Assembly (NCBI GenBank): GCA_029237815.1
Contig: JAQZBP010000002.1
Location: 206,917-270,916 of the forward strand
DNA length: 64,000 bases
DNA from: Moraxellaceae bacterium
GTDB lineage: Bacteria; Pseudomonadota; Gammaproteobacteria; Pseudomonadales; Moraxellaceae
Direction: 5' to 3'
The notes beneath the pieces are model-generated. The model did no database searches and was not told the origin of the DNA. It worked only from the letters and a program-made list of their open reading frames with translations. Each line of letters opens with the position of its first letter. The stretch's first letter is position 1. Below are positions 48,926-58,967 of this stretch, piece after piece. A program made the translations under genes and the position numbers.

Positions 48926-49657
48926 TCAGTCGGGCTCGAATTCGAGCCGGGCCTCGCACCAGGCGCTGGTGCTATGCGCCGACGTGGCGGCCAGGCGCCG
49001 GCCTTGTGCATCAAAGATCATCGACAGGCCCTGGCTGGGCACGAAGGGCGCGCCGGCGCCCCAGTTGGCATTGGCCACGGCAATGCCGTGCCGACGCGCG
49101 AGCGTCGCCAGGCGATGGTTGCGGCTGTCGGGTTCTTCCACCCAGGCCGAGGGAAACAGCAGCAGGTCCGCGGCGCCGAGCGCCTCCCAGGCGTCCTGTT
49201 CGATGAAGTGCAAATCAAAACAGATGCCGGCGCAGACCTTCACGCCCTCGAAGTCGACCACGGGCGTGCCGATATCACCGGGCGTGGCCCAGGCTTCCGG
49301 ATACCAGGGATGGCGCTTGCGCCAGTGGCCGATGCGCCGGCCCGCGCGGTCGAAGAGCAGGTAGCTGTTGAAGTAACGCGCGCCGTCGCGCTCCACGAGG
49401 GAGCCGGCCAGGCCGATGCCGTGGCGCCGCGCCAGTGCGCCCAGGGTCCGCGCCGTCTCGCCCTCCAGCGCTTCGGCAAAGGGCGTGAGGTCGAAATTGC
49501 CGCGCGGGGAGACGTAACCGGACAGGGCCAGCTCCGGCAGCAGCACGAGGTCGGCGCGATGCTCCGCCAGCAGCGGCTCCAGACGATCGAGCTGGCCCGC
49601 GGCGTCGCCAAAGGCGGCCGGGAGTTGCGCAATGCCGACGCTGATGCCGCGTTTCAT
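48926..49657 (-). CDS. carbon-nitrogen hydrolase (Nit/nitrilase superfamily)
   Basis: 243-aa ORF with E..K..C catalytic-triad context (LPELALSGY, WRKRHPWYPE, CAGICFD). Confidence 0.8.
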   Translation of the reverse strand: MKRGISVGIAQLPAAFGDAAGQLDRLEPLLAEHRADLVLLPELALSGYVSPRGNFDLTPFAEALEGETARTLGALARRHGIGLAGSLVERDGARYFNSYLLFDRAGRRIGHWRKRHPWYPEAWATPGDIGTPVVDFEGVKVCAGICFDLHFIEQDAWEALGAADLLLFPSAWVEEPDSRNHRLATLARRHGIAVANANWGAGAPFVPSQGLSMIFDAQGRRLAATSAHSTSAWCEARLEFEPD

Positions 49658-49727
49658 TCCTGCTTTCTCCCGCTGGATTCGCTACCGCTGCCGTTGCCGC
49701 TGGCCAGGCGTCCCGGCCAGCAGCGTG

Positions 49728-50756
49728 TCAGGACGCCGGCCGCGAGGACACGATCCGCAACACGTCGAGATAGCCCGGCGCCTCCGGCACGGCATTGCGC
49801 TCGCGCAGCAGACGGTGCATCTGCGGCAGCCGGAAATACGGCACCGACGCCATGACATGGTGTTCGATGTGGTAGTTCACGTGGATGGGCGCCACCGTGG
49901 CGCGGGCCAGCCAGCCGGCACGGGTGCTGCGCGTGTTGCGGAACATGTCGGCGGTCTTTTCCGTGCAGGCATGCTCGGCCATGGAGCGGATGCGCACGAA
50001 AAGCGCAAAGGGCGTCATGTAGGCCACCACCCAGGCAGCGAAAAGCCAGGGATAGCCTACGGTCCAGAGCGCGGCGAAGAGCACGCCGTTCACGATCAGG
50101 GTCGGCGTCACGTTGCGCACGAACATCGCCACGCGGTCGGTGGCGCTCACGCCTTCCTTCGGCAGCCATACCACGTCGTTGGCCACCGTCCACTTCACAT
50201 AGCCCGCGTCCATCAGGAAGCGGCCGATGAAGAACTTGAAGCCGGTGATGCCCACGAGGTCACGCAGGAGCTTGCGCGCGAGCGAGGTGCGCGAGCAGGG
50301 AAACGGCGCCACCAGCGAGATGTCGGTGTCTTCGGCGGAGCCCGTCTTCGTGTGGTGCACGAAGTGATGCACCTTGTACTTCTGCAGGTCGTTCCAGATC
50401 GGGCGCGCGCAAGTCCAGTCGGCAAGGACGTCGTTCAGCCACTTCGTCTTGAACAACGTGCCGTGCGAGGCGTCGTGCATGAGGATGGCGAGGCAGAGCT
50501 GGCGCCCGGCGATCACGCAGAGTCCGACCACGAAGGCCGGCACGGCAATCGCGAGCGGCTGCGTCGTCGCCCACGCCAGCAGCGCGAAGGCGGCGGCGAT
50601 GACGGCCCAGGTCGAGCCCACGGCCCAGAAGCCCATGAGATCGGAACGCGCGGTCAGCATTTTTATTTCGTCGCGCGTGAACAGGTCGGTGACCTTGCGG
50701 CGGGTTTCCGCCGGCATCTCGACGGGGGTGGCGGAGTCCGGAATCGCGGCAGTCAT
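49728..50756 (-). CDS. membrane fatty-acid desaturase
   Basis: Histidine boxes HDASHG, HHFVHH and HIEHHV with TM segments. Confidence 0.8.
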   Translation of the reverse strand: MTAAIPDSATPVEMPAETRRKVTDLFTRDEIKMLTARSDLMGFWAVGSTWAVIAAAFALLAWATTQPLAIAVPAFVVGLCVIAGRQLCLAILMHDASHGTLFKTKWLNDVLADWTCARPIWNDLQKYKVHHFVHHTKTGSAEDTDISLVAPFPCSRTSLARKLLRDLVGITGFKFFIGRFLMDAGYVKWTVANDVVWLPKEGVSATDRVAMFVRNVTPTLIVNGVLFAALWTVGYPWLFAAWVVAYMTPFALFVRIRSMAEHACTEKTADMFRNTRSTRAGWLARATVAPIHVNYHIEHHVMASVPYFRLPQMHRLLRERNAVPEAPGYLDVLRIVSSRPAS

Positions 50757-50773
50757 GAAAGCCTCCAGAAGGG

Positions 50774-51598
50774 TCAGTGGGATGTGGCGGGTTTGCGGCC
50801 GGCGGCCACGGCGGCCGGCGCCGGCTGGCGGACGCGCCGCCAGATCTCGCGGCCGGCGCGATCGAAGTCGAGCACGGTCGCCACGAAGGCGCGGCGCTCG
50901 GCGATGTCCACCAGGGGATCGGGCAGCAGCGGATCGAACACGAGCTGCCGGATGGCGTCGCTGCCCTGCAGGAAGGATTCGCGTGCGGCGACATCGGGCT
51001 CGAGTTCACCGGCGCGCGCCAGCCATTTCTGGAGCTGCTGGCGCGTCTGCCGGTAGCGCTTCGTCAGCGCCTTGCCGTCCCAGAGCGCGCGGGCACGCTT
51101 CTCCCGCGACGTGTCGAGCTCGCTCGCGAGGAAGACCGCGGCGTCCTCCTCCAGGCCGAGTTTGTGCAGGCGCTCGCGCACGCCGGCGACGCCGCCGACG
51201 AGGTTGTCGGGGCGCAGGAACAGGCCGCGATCGAGCTCGCGCAGGCCAAGCAGGGCGAGGGCGCGGTCCCGCGCACGCAGGGCGACGCGGTCGCTGCGGC
51301 CGAGGGCGCCGACATGCACGGCGACCCAGCCGCCCTGCCACTCGCGCACGCGCTGCTCGGCCGTCGGCCAGGTGGCCACGTCCGCAGCCAGGCCGGTGCC
51401 ATTGGGCCCCAGGCGGTAGCTGCCACGGCCGGCGGCTTCGATGAGGCCGGCGCCGGCCAGGCGGACCAGGGCCACGCGCACGCTGTTCTCGCGGATGCCG
51501 AACAGGGCGCAGCCGGCGACGGCGTCACGCGCGCTGAGCTCGCCGTCGTCGGCAGCCAGCAGGAGCTTGAGGATCAGTTGACGGGGTTGGGGAGCCAT
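50774..51598 (-). CDS. PaaX-family transcriptional regulator
   Basis: N-terminal wHTH (LILKLLLAADDGELSARDAV) and a PaaX C-terminal domain. Confidence 0.7.
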   Translation of the reverse strand: MAPQPRQLILKLLLAADDGELSARDAVAGCALFGIRENSVRVALVRLAGAGLIEAAGRGSYRLGPNGTGLAADVATWPTAEQRVREWQGGWVAVHVGALGRSDRVALRARDRALALLGLRELDRGLFLRPDNLVGGVAGVRERLHKLGLEEDAAVFLASELDTSREKRARALWDGKALTKRYRQTRQQLQKWLARAGELEPDVAARESFLQGSDAIRQLVFDPLLPDPLVDIAERRAFVATVLDFDRAGREIWRRVRQPAPAAVAAGRKPATSH

Positions 51599-51698
51599 GT
51601 CGCTACATTACATCCTATGACGCCGTTTGCTATGTGGTGCAATGTTTCATAGGATGCCACTAATTGCAATATCACGTAATGCCTGCAGGAGCCGCCCC

Positions 51699-52481
51699 AT
51701 GCCCGCCACCGTGACACTGGAACGCCAGCCACCCCTGCTGGTGGTGACGATCAACCGCCCCGGGGCGCGCAACGCCGTCGATGGTCCCACGGCCGTCGCC
51801 CTGGCGGAGGCCTTCCGCGCTTTCGACGCCGATCCGGAACTGGCGGTGGCCATCCTCACCGGCGCGGGCGAACACTTCTGCGCCGGGGCCGACCTCAAGG
51901 CCGTGGCCAGCGGCGACCCCGCCCGCGCCAACCGCCTCTCCCCGGAAGGGGACGGCCCCATGGGCCCGACCCGCCTGCAGCTCTCCAAGCCGGTGATCGC
52001 GGCAGTGTCCGGCTACTGCGTCGCCGGCGGCCTCGAGCTCGCGCTCTGGTGCGACCTGCGCGTGGCGGACGAGAGCGCCGTGTTCGGCGTGTTCTGCCGC
52101 CGCTTCGGCGTGCCGCTCATCGACGGCGGCACGGTGCGCCTGCCCCGCGCCATCGGCATGAGCCGCGCCATGGACCTGATCCTGACCGGGCGTCCCGTCG
52201 GCGCGGAGGAAGCCTTGCAGATGGGCCTCGCCAACCGCGTGGTGAAACCGGCGCAGCTGATGCAGACGGCGCGCGAACTGGCGCTGCAGGTCGCCGCCTT
52301 CCCGCAGACCTGCATGCGCGGCGATCGCCGGAGCGCTCATGAACAGTGGAGCCTGGAGGAAACCGCGGCGCTCGCGAACGAATTCGGAAAGGGCCTCGCC
52401 ACGCTGCAGTCCGGCGAGACCGTGGCCGGTGCCACGCGCTTCTCGCAGGGCAGCGGCCGGCACGGCAATTTTGGCCAGTGA
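51699..52481 (+). CDS. enoyl-CoA hydratase/isomerase (crotonase family)
   Basis: MPATVTLERQPPLLVVTINRPGARNA, ILTGAGEHFCAGADLK and CVAGGLELAL crotonase motifs. Confidence 0.8.
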   Translation: MPATVTLERQPPLLVVTINRPGARNAVDGPTAVALAEAFRAFDADPELAVAILTGAGEHFCAGADLKAVASGDPARANRLSPEGDGPMGPTRLQLSKPVIAAVSGYCVAGGLELALWCDLRVADESAVFGVFCRRFGVPLIDGGTVRLPRAIGMSRAMDLILTGRPVGAEEALQMGLANRVVKPAQLMQTARELALQVAAFPQTCMRGDRRSAHEQWSLEETAALANEFGKGLATLQSGETVAGATRFSQGSGRHGNFGQ

Positions 52482-52517
52482 CGCACGCCCCTGCCCTGGA
52501 GCCGCCGCCGCTCCAAC

Positions 52518-52576
52518 CGTAGGTCGGACTTCAGTCCGACGCAGGCGCCGCTGTCGGGCTGAAGCCCGACCTACGG
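52518..52576. repeat. inverted pair of GTAG-palindrome (SMAG/REP-like) elements
   Basis: ccGTAG-GTCGGAC-ttca-GTCCGAC ... GTCGGGC-tgaa-GCCCGAC-CTACgg. Two hairpin units in opposite orientation between the two crotonase genes. Confidence 0.5.
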
Positions 52577-52643
52577 GACGGCCCGGCGGGATACGTGACG
52601 GCGGAATATGAACCTGATGCAACCACTATCGAGGAGACGAGGA

Positions 52644-53558
52644 ATGGAAACGCTGAAGACCATGACCTACGAGGTCACCGGCCGCATTGCCCGCATCACG
52701 CTTAACCGCCCCACGCGCGGCAACGGCATCACCATGGACATGCCGCGCGAGCTGGCCGCCTGCGTCGAGCGCGCCAACCTCGACCCGGCCGTGCATGTGA
52801 TCGCGCTGGCGGGCAACGGCAGCGGCTTCTGTGGCGGCTACGACCTCGTCGACAGCGCGGAGCGCCTGGCCTTCGATCATGAAGCCGGCGCGTTTCCCGA
52901 AGGCTCGCCGGTCGACCCGCGCGTGCAGATGCAGAACCACATTCCCGGTGAAACCTGGGACCCCATGCTCGACTACGCCGGCATGAGCCGCAACGTGAAG
53001 GGCTTCATGAGCCTGTTCCACTCCGACAAGCCCGTGGTGTGCAAGGTGCACGGCTTCTGCGTCGCCGGCGGCACCGACATGGCGCTCTGCTCCGACCTGC
53101 TCGTCATCGCCGACGACGCCAAGATCGGCTACCCACCGGCGCGCGTGTGGGGCTCGCCCACCACCTCGCTCTGGTTCCACCGCGTGGGACTGGAAAAAGC
53201 CAAGCGCCTGCTCTTCACCGGCGACTGCCTCTCGGGAAAGGAAGCAAAGGAATGGGTGCTCGCCATCGAGTCCGCGCCCGCCGCGGAACTCGACGCGCGC
53301 TTCGAGAACCTGCTGGAGCGCATCGCGCGCATGCCGGTCAACCAGCTCATGATGATGAAACTGCTGCTGAACCAGAGCGTGATGCAGCAGGGCCTGCACA
53401 CGACGCAGCTCCTCGGCACCGTGTTCGACGGCATCACCCGCCACACGAAGGAAGGCTTCGCCTTCCAGCAGCGCGCCGCGGAAGCCGGCTTCAAGCAGGC
53501 CGTGCGCGAGCGCGACGAGCCCTTCGGCGACTTCGGGCTCTCCACCTTCAAGGGCTGA
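52644..53558 (+). CDS. enoyl-CoA hydratase-like protein (crotonase fold)
   Basis: METLKTMTYEVTGRIARITLNRPTRGNG, LAGNGSGFCGGYDL and CVAGGTDMAL motifs. Confidence 0.75.
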   Translation: METLKTMTYEVTGRIARITLNRPTRGNGITMDMPRELAACVERANLDPAVHVIALAGNGSGFCGGYDLVDSAERLAFDHEAGAFPEGSPVDPRVQMQNHIPGETWDPMLDYAGMSRNVKGFMSLFHSDKPVVCKVHGFCVAGGTDMALCSDLLVIADDAKIGYPPARVWGSPTTSLWFHRVGLEKAKRLLFTGDCLSGKEAKEWVLAIESAPAAELDARFENLLERIARMPVNQLMMMKLLLNQSVMQQGLHTTQLLGTVFDGITRHTKEGFAFQQRAAEAGFKQAVRERDEPFGDFGLSTFKG

Positions 53559-53810
53559 CCATTGCAGCGGACGGCGGCCCGGCACAGTCCCGGAACCGCC
53601 GTCATTCGCGACCCTCCCCTCCCACCTGCCCACAGGAAACTTCACAGCGGCACGGCGCATTTGCTACTTTGCGCGGGCGACACCGGCGCCGCCCCGTATG
53701 GACGGCGCCGGGCGGGCCGGCCATCGACACGGCCGCCCCAAATCCAAACCCCCGACATTCTCATTAGCCAGGCGCCTGCGCGTTGCAGGCCCCCTTGCCG
53801 GATCTCCGCC

Positions 53811-55109
53811 ATGCACCCCGATTCCCCGCCCCCCAGCCTTGCGCGCAGCCGCATGCTGGCCAATACCGCGCTGATCGCGGCGGCCCTGCTCTGGATCGTC
53901 TTCCTCGTGCTGGAAAAGATGTTCCCGGAGCACCGCCCGCTGCTCGCCATCCTCGCGCTCGGCGCCGAGGCCGGCGTCGTCGGCGGCCTCGCCGACTGGT
54001 ACGCCGTCACCGTGCTGTTCCGCAATCCCTTCGGCCGCCTGCCGCTGCCGCGCCTGCTGCAGGAGCACACCGAAATCATTCCGCGCAACAAGGCGCGCAT
54101 CGCCATCTCGATGGGCCGCTTCGTGCAGGAAAACTTCATGGCGCCGGACATCCTGCGCAAGTCGCTGCGGCAGACCGACATCAGCCAGGGCATGGGCGAC
54201 TGGCTGGCGAAGGAGGAGAACGTGCGCCGCATCAGCGATGTGGTGCAACGCATCGGCCCGCGCCTGCTGCAGATCTTCGAGAGCCACGACATCCAGGCCT
54301 TCCTCAAGGAAAACGCCATCGAGTGGGTAAAGGAGACGCCCATGCACCAGATGGTGAGCCAGGTGCTGCGCGCCGTGCTGGAGAACGATTTCCACCACGA
54401 GGCGCTGCAGCTCGGGCTCGACACCGCCGACCAGTGGGTGAAGGCGAATCCGCAGAAGGCGCGCGACGTCGCCACCCGCGTGTTCCAGGAGCTGGGCGTG
54501 GGCGGTATCTCGCGCGCGGCGGGCTGGGTCGGCATCGACGTGCAGAAGCGCATCATCGAGACTTTCATGCAGCAGGTGGAAGCGCTGCTGGAGGACCGCG
54601 CCCATCCCTGGCGCCTCGGCCTGGAGGAAAACGCGCACGAGCTCATGGTGGCGCTGCTCAACGACGACAGCGACGCCGCCATCCGCCTGAACTCTATCAA
54701 GAACGCGCTCGCGGAAAGCCCGGCAGTGGTGAACTTCGTCACCAGTGCCATCATGGTGCTGCGCGACGCCGTGAAGGCCGACCTGCAGCGGGATAACTCG
54801 GGCCTGGCCGCCAACCTGCGCGGCGCCCTGCTGCGCCTCGGCCAGCACCTGCAGGAAAGCGAGCAGGTGCGCGCCGCGCTGAATGCCGAGATCGAGGAGC
54901 TCGCCGTGGTGTTCGCGAACGACTATGCCGACGCCGTCATCGAATACGTGGCGAGCCGCATCCACGACTGGGACACGCGCGAGATGATCGCCAAGATCGA
55001 GACCGAGGTCGGTGGCGACCTGCACATGATCCGCGTGAACGGCGTGGTGGTGGGCAGCGTCATCGGCTTGCTGCTCGGGCTGACACGCGCCCTGGTCGAG
55101 CGCCTCTGA
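53811..55109 (+). CDS. DUF445 (YjiN-like) membrane-associated protein
   Basis: N-terminal TM segment then a long helical region. The WYAVTVLFRNPFG motif is typical of DUF445. Confidence 0.65.
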   Translation: MHPDSPPPSLARSRMLANTALIAAALLWIVFLVLEKMFPEHRPLLAILALGAEAGVVGGLADWYAVTVLFRNPFGRLPLPRLLQEHTEIIPRNKARIAISMGRFVQENFMAPDILRKSLRQTDISQGMGDWLAKEENVRRISDVVQRIGPRLLQIFESHDIQAFLKENAIEWVKETPMHQMVSQVLRAVLENDFHHEALQLGLDTADQWVKANPQKARDVATRVFQELGVGGISRAAGWVGIDVQKRIIETFMQQVEALLEDRAHPWRLGLEENAHELMVALLNDDSDAAIRLNSIKNALAESPAVVNFVTSAIMVLRDAVKADLQRDNSGLAANLRGALLRLGQHLQESEQVRAALNAEIEELAVVFANDYADAVIEYVASRIHDWDTREMIAKIETEVGGDLHMIRVNGVVVGSVIGLLLGLTRALVERL

Positions 55110-55146
55110 GCGCCGCTTCACGCGCCGCCTGCCGTCCTGTCGGCGG

Positions 55147-55165
55147 TTGCACCCGGCCAGTGCAA
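55147..55165. promoter_or_regulatory. palindrome TTGCAC-N7-GTGCAA upstream of cioAB; candidate operator
   Basis: Perfect 6-bp inverted repeat about 190 bp upstream of the cioA start. Confidence 0.25.
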
Positions 55166-55354
55166 CTGCCGCGCCGCGCCAACAGAGCGCAAACAACCGC
55201 CAACACAACACCTTCCCGCGCAAACTAAATCCTTCCAGCCGCCTACTGGCCGACGCTGGCATGACGACAATTTCAGGCACAGCCTGAGCACCTTCCGGGA
55301 GCGGCCTGCGCGGCTGCCGACCTGACCTGTCCTCCTGTCATTGCCGGTGCCGCC

Positions 55355-56743
55355 ATGGAACTCGATCCGCTCCTGCTCGCCCGCATCCAGTTCGCCTTCG
55401 TGGTGTCCTTCCACATCCTGTTTCCGGCCTTCACCATCGGCCTCGCCTCCTACATTGCCGTGCTGGAGACGCTGGCGCTGTGGACGAAGCGCGACGTGTA
55501 CACGCGCCTCTCGCAGTTCTGGACGAAGATCTTCGCGGTGTCCTTCGCCATGGGCGTGGTGTCGGGCATCGTCATGGCCTACCAGTTCGGCACCAACTGG
55601 AGCCGCTTCGCCGACGCCACCGCCGCGGTGATCGGCCCGCTGATGGGCTACGAGGTTCTCACCGCGTTTTTCCTCGAGGCCACCTTCCTCGGCATCCTGC
55701 TGTTCGGGCGGCAGCGCGTGCGGCCGGAGCTGCACCTGCTCGCCGCGTGGATGGTCGCGCTGGGTACGCTGACCTCCGCCTTCTGGATCCTGAGTGCCAA
55801 CAGCTGGATGCACACGCCGGCAGGCTTCGCGCTCGAGAACGGCCGCTTCGTGGTCACGGACTGGTGGCAGGCCATCTTCAATCCGTCCTTTCCCTACCGC
55901 TTCGTGCACATGGTCACGGCAGCCTATCTCACCACCGCGTTTGTCGTGATCGGCGTCAGTGCCTGGTACCTGCGCCGGCAGCGCTTCCAGGACAGCGCGC
56001 GCACCGCCTTCAACATGGGGCTCGGACTGATCGCGCTACTGGCGCCGCTGCAGCTCGTCTTCGGCGATCTGCACGGCCTCAATACGCTGAAGCACCAGCC
56101 CACCAAGATCGCCGCCATCGAGGGCCACTGGGAAACCGGCCGCGGCCTGCCGCTGGTGCTGTTCGCGCTGCCGGATGAAACGGCGGAGCGCAACCGTTTC
56201 GCGCTGGAGATTCCCAAGATCGGCAGCCTCATCCTCACGCACCAGTGGGACGGAGAAATCCGTGGCCTCAAGGCCTGGCCGGCGCAGGAGCGTCCGCCGG
56301 TGACCGTGGTGTTCTTTGCCTTCCGGATCATGGTGGCGCTCGGCCTGCTGATGATCCTGGTCGGCATCATCAGCCTCTACCTGCGCTTGCGGCGGCGGCT
56401 CTACGACAGCCCAGCCTTCCTGCACCTCTGCAACGCCTGCCTGCCGATCGGCTTCATTGCCATGCTCGCAGGATGGTTCACCACCGAGGTCGGGCGGCAG
56501 CCCTGGACGGTATACGGCCTGATGCGTACCGCGCAGAGCACCTCGCCGGCGATTGCGGGCGGCCATGTGCTGGCCTCGCTGCTGCTGTATGTCGTGGTGT
56601 ACGCGGTGATCTTCGGCGCCGGCATTTATTACCTCTTCCGCATCGTGCAGGCGGGCCCGTCCGACACGCCGCCGCATGGCGGGCTGGAAGCGGCCAAGCG
56701 GCCGCTGTCCGCGCCCCGCACGCCACTGGACAACGAGGGTTGA
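55355..56743 (+). CDS. cioA: cytochrome bd-type (cyanide-insensitive) quinol oxidase subunit I
   Basis: 462-aa ORF with MELDPLLLARIQFAFVVSFHILFPAFTIGLASY and GRQPW motifs and a short Q-loop typical of CioA. Confidence 0.9.
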   Translation: MELDPLLLARIQFAFVVSFHILFPAFTIGLASYIAVLETLALWTKRDVYTRLSQFWTKIFAVSFAMGVVSGIVMAYQFGTNWSRFADATAAVIGPLMGYEVLTAFFLEATFLGILLFGRQRVRPELHLLAAWMVALGTLTSAFWILSANSWMHTPAGFALENGRFVVTDWWQAIFNPSFPYRFVHMVTAAYLTTAFVVIGVSAWYLRRQRFQDSARTAFNMGLGLIALLAPLQLVFGDLHGLNTLKHQPTKIAAIEGHWETGRGLPLVLFALPDETAERNRFALEIPKIGSLILTHQWDGEIRGLKAWPAQERPPVTVVFFAFRIMVALGLLMILVGIISLYLRLRRRLYDSPAFLHLCNACLPIGFIAMLAGWFTTEVGRQPWTVYGLMRTAQSTSPAIAGGHVLASLLLYVVVYAVIFGAGIYYLFRIVQAGPSDTPPHGGLEAAKRPLSAPRTPLDNEG

Positions 56744-56746
56744 GCC

Positions 56747-57751
56747 ATGGAACTGGATCTCGCGCTGGTCTGGGCCGCCGTTATCGGCTTCGCCGTGGTC
56801 ATGTACATCCTCATGGACGGTTTCGACCTCGGCGTCGGCATCCTCTTCCCCTTCGTGCGCAACGAGGACGAGCGCGACGTAATGATGAACACCGTCGCGC
56901 CGATCTGGGACGGCAACGAAACCTGGCTGGTGCTGGGCGGTGGTGGCCTGCTGGCCGCGTTTCCGCTGGCCTACGCCATCATCATGCCGGCGCTGTATTT
57001 TCCCGTGCTGATCATGCTGATCGCGCTGATCTTCCGCGGCGTGGCCTTCGAGTTCCGCTTCAAGAGCCACCATCGTGAACTGTGGGGGCGCGCTTTCTTC
57101 TGGGGCTCGCTGATCGCCACGTTTTCGCAGGGGCTGGTGCTGGGTGGCTTCCTGCAGGGCTTCAAGGTGGAGGGACGCAACTTCGCCGGCGGCGTGTTCG
57201 ACTGGCTGACGCCCTTCGGCATCGGCTGCGGCATAGCGCTCGTCACGGGCTACGCACTGCTCGGCGCGACCTGGCTGATCCTGAAGACCGAGGGTGGCCT
57301 GCAGGCGCGCTTCTACCGGCTGGCCATGCCGCTCTGCCTTGCCATGATCGCCTTCATCGGCGTGTTCTGCGTGTGGGCGCCGCTGACCTATCCCGCAATC
57401 GCGGAACGCTGGTTCACGTTGCCGAACTTCTTCTTCCTGCTGCCAATCCCGGTGCTCACCGTGGCCGTAGCAGTGGCACTTTTCCTGTCGCTCAAGCGGC
57501 AGCAGGAGGCCAGGCCTTTCGTGCTGTCGTTGCTCCTGCTGCTGCTGACCTATCTCGGCTTTGGCGTAAACCTCTGGCCCTATGTCGCGCCACCATCGAT
57601 CACGCTCTGGGACGCGCAAACGACGCCGGGCTCGCAGGTTTTCCTGCTGGTGGGCGTGCTGCTACTGATGCCGGCGATCCTCTTCTACACCGGCTATTCC
57701 TATTTCGTGTTCCGCGGCAAGGTGCGCGCCGGCGAGGGCTACCACCACTGA
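56747..57751 (+). CDS. cioB: cytochrome bd-type quinol oxidase subunit II
   Basis: 334-aa polytopic ORF starting 3 nt after cioA (MELDLALVWAAVIGFAVVMYILMDGFDLG). Confidence 0.9.
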   Translation: MELDLALVWAAVIGFAVVMYILMDGFDLGVGILFPFVRNEDERDVMMNTVAPIWDGNETWLVLGGGGLLAAFPLAYAIIMPALYFPVLIMLIALIFRGVAFEFRFKSHHRELWGRAFFWGSLIATFSQGLVLGGFLQGFKVEGRNFAGGVFDWLTPFGIGCGIALVTGYALLGATWLILKTEGGLQARFYRLAMPLCLAMIAFIGVFCVWAPLTYPAIAERWFTLPNFFFLLPIPVLTVAVAVALFLSLKRQQEARPFVLSLLLLLLTYLGFGVNLWPYVAPPSITLWDAQTTPGSQVFLLVGVLLLMPAILFYTGYSYFVFRGKVRAGEGYHH

Positions 57752-57825
57752 CCTGATCCGCTTCCTGCATACGCCGCCCATGAAAAGCGGCGTGATCGGC
57801 AGCGGGGAGATAGCGCCAATTGAAA

Positions 57826-57848
57826 AGCCCCGGCAATGCCGGGGCCTT
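57826..57848. terminator. hairpin terminator between cioB and the convergent qor
   Basis: aaaaGCCCCGGCA-atg-CCGGGGC. The T-run is on the minus strand, so it serves qor. Confidence 0.5.
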
Positions 57849-57908
57849 CCTGGATGCGGTCGGTCAACAGCCTACCCGCAATGTCATGCCGCGGTCGGGC
57901 CACTGCCA

Positions 57909-58883
57909 CTAGGTCACCAGCACAACCTTCCCGGTGACCTTGCGCTCCATCAGCGCACGCAAGGCCTCGCCCGCCTTCTCCAGCGGATAGCGCTGCGAGA
58001 TGTGCGGCCGCAGTTCGCCCTGCATCAGCCACTGGAAGAGCTGCATGCCGTTGCCCATATTGGCCTGCGGCTCGCGCGCCGCGAAATCGCCCCAGAACAC
58101 GCCGAGGATGGCACAGCCCTTGAGCAGTGGCAGGTTGAGCGGAATCTTCGGAATGTCGCCGGCGGCAAATCCGACCACGAGGTAGCGGCCCTTCCAGGCG
58201 ATGCTGCGCAGCGCAGGCTCGGCGTACTTGCCACCGACCGGATCGTAGATCACGTCCACGCCACGCCCCTCGGTGAGCGCCTTGATGCGCTCGCGCAGGT
58301 CCTCCGTTTCGTAATTGACGAGTTCATCGGCGCCGTGCTCGCGGCACACGGCCAACTTCTCGGCCGTGGAGGCGGCGGCGATCACGCGCGCCCCCATCTT
58401 CTTGCCGAGCTCGATGGCGGCCAGGCCGACGCCGCCGGCGGCGCCCAGCACCAGCAGCGTCTCGCCGGCCTGCAGCTGCGCGCGGTCCTTGAGCGCGTGA
58501 TAGGAGGTGCCGTAGGTCATCATGAAGGCCGCGGCCACGGCGTGATCGAGCCCGGGCGGCAGCGGCACCACCTGGCGGGCATCGGCCAGCACTTCCTCGG
58601 CAAAGCCGCCCCAGCCGGTAAAGGCCAGCACGGGCTGCCCGACCTGCAGGTGCTTAACGCCCTCGCCCACCACCTTCACCACGCCGGCCAGCTCGCCACC
58701 CGGCGAGAACGGCAGCTCAGGCTTGAACTGATAGAGGTTCTGGATGATCAGCGTGTCGGGGAAATTCACGCCGCAGGCCTTCACCGCGATCAGCACCTGC
58801 TTCGGGCCGGGCACGGGCGACGGCACGTCTTCCACCACCAGGGTTTCGGGCAATCCGTGTTGCTTGCAGAGAACGGCTTTCAT
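57909..58883 (-). CDS. qor: NADPH:quinone oxidoreductase (zinc-type ADH/MDR family)
   Basis: Starts MKAVLCKQHG. Has the GAAGGVG NADPH-binding motif. Confidence 0.85.
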   Translation of the reverse strand: MKAVLCKQHGLPETLVVEDVPSPVPGPKQVLIAVKACGVNFPDTLIIQNLYQFKPELPFSPGGELAGVVKVVGEGVKHLQVGQPVLAFTGWGGFAEEVLADARQVVPLPPGLDHAVAAAFMMTYGTSYHALKDRAQLQAGETLLVLGAAGGVGLAAIELGKKMGARVIAAASTAEKLAVCREHGADELVNYETEDLRERIKALTEGRGVDVIYDPVGGKYAEPALRSIAWKGRYLVVGFAAGDIPKIPLNLPLLKGCAILGVFWGDFAAREPQANMGNGMQLFQWLMQGELRPHISQRYPLEKAGEALRALMERKVTGKVVLVT

Positions 58884-58967
58884 AAAAGGGGCTCCCGGTT
58901 TGGGTGGAAGGCGAGTCGATAGCGCGTCACGTGTGCGACGGCACACGTGACGCGCCGGTGCGATGAC

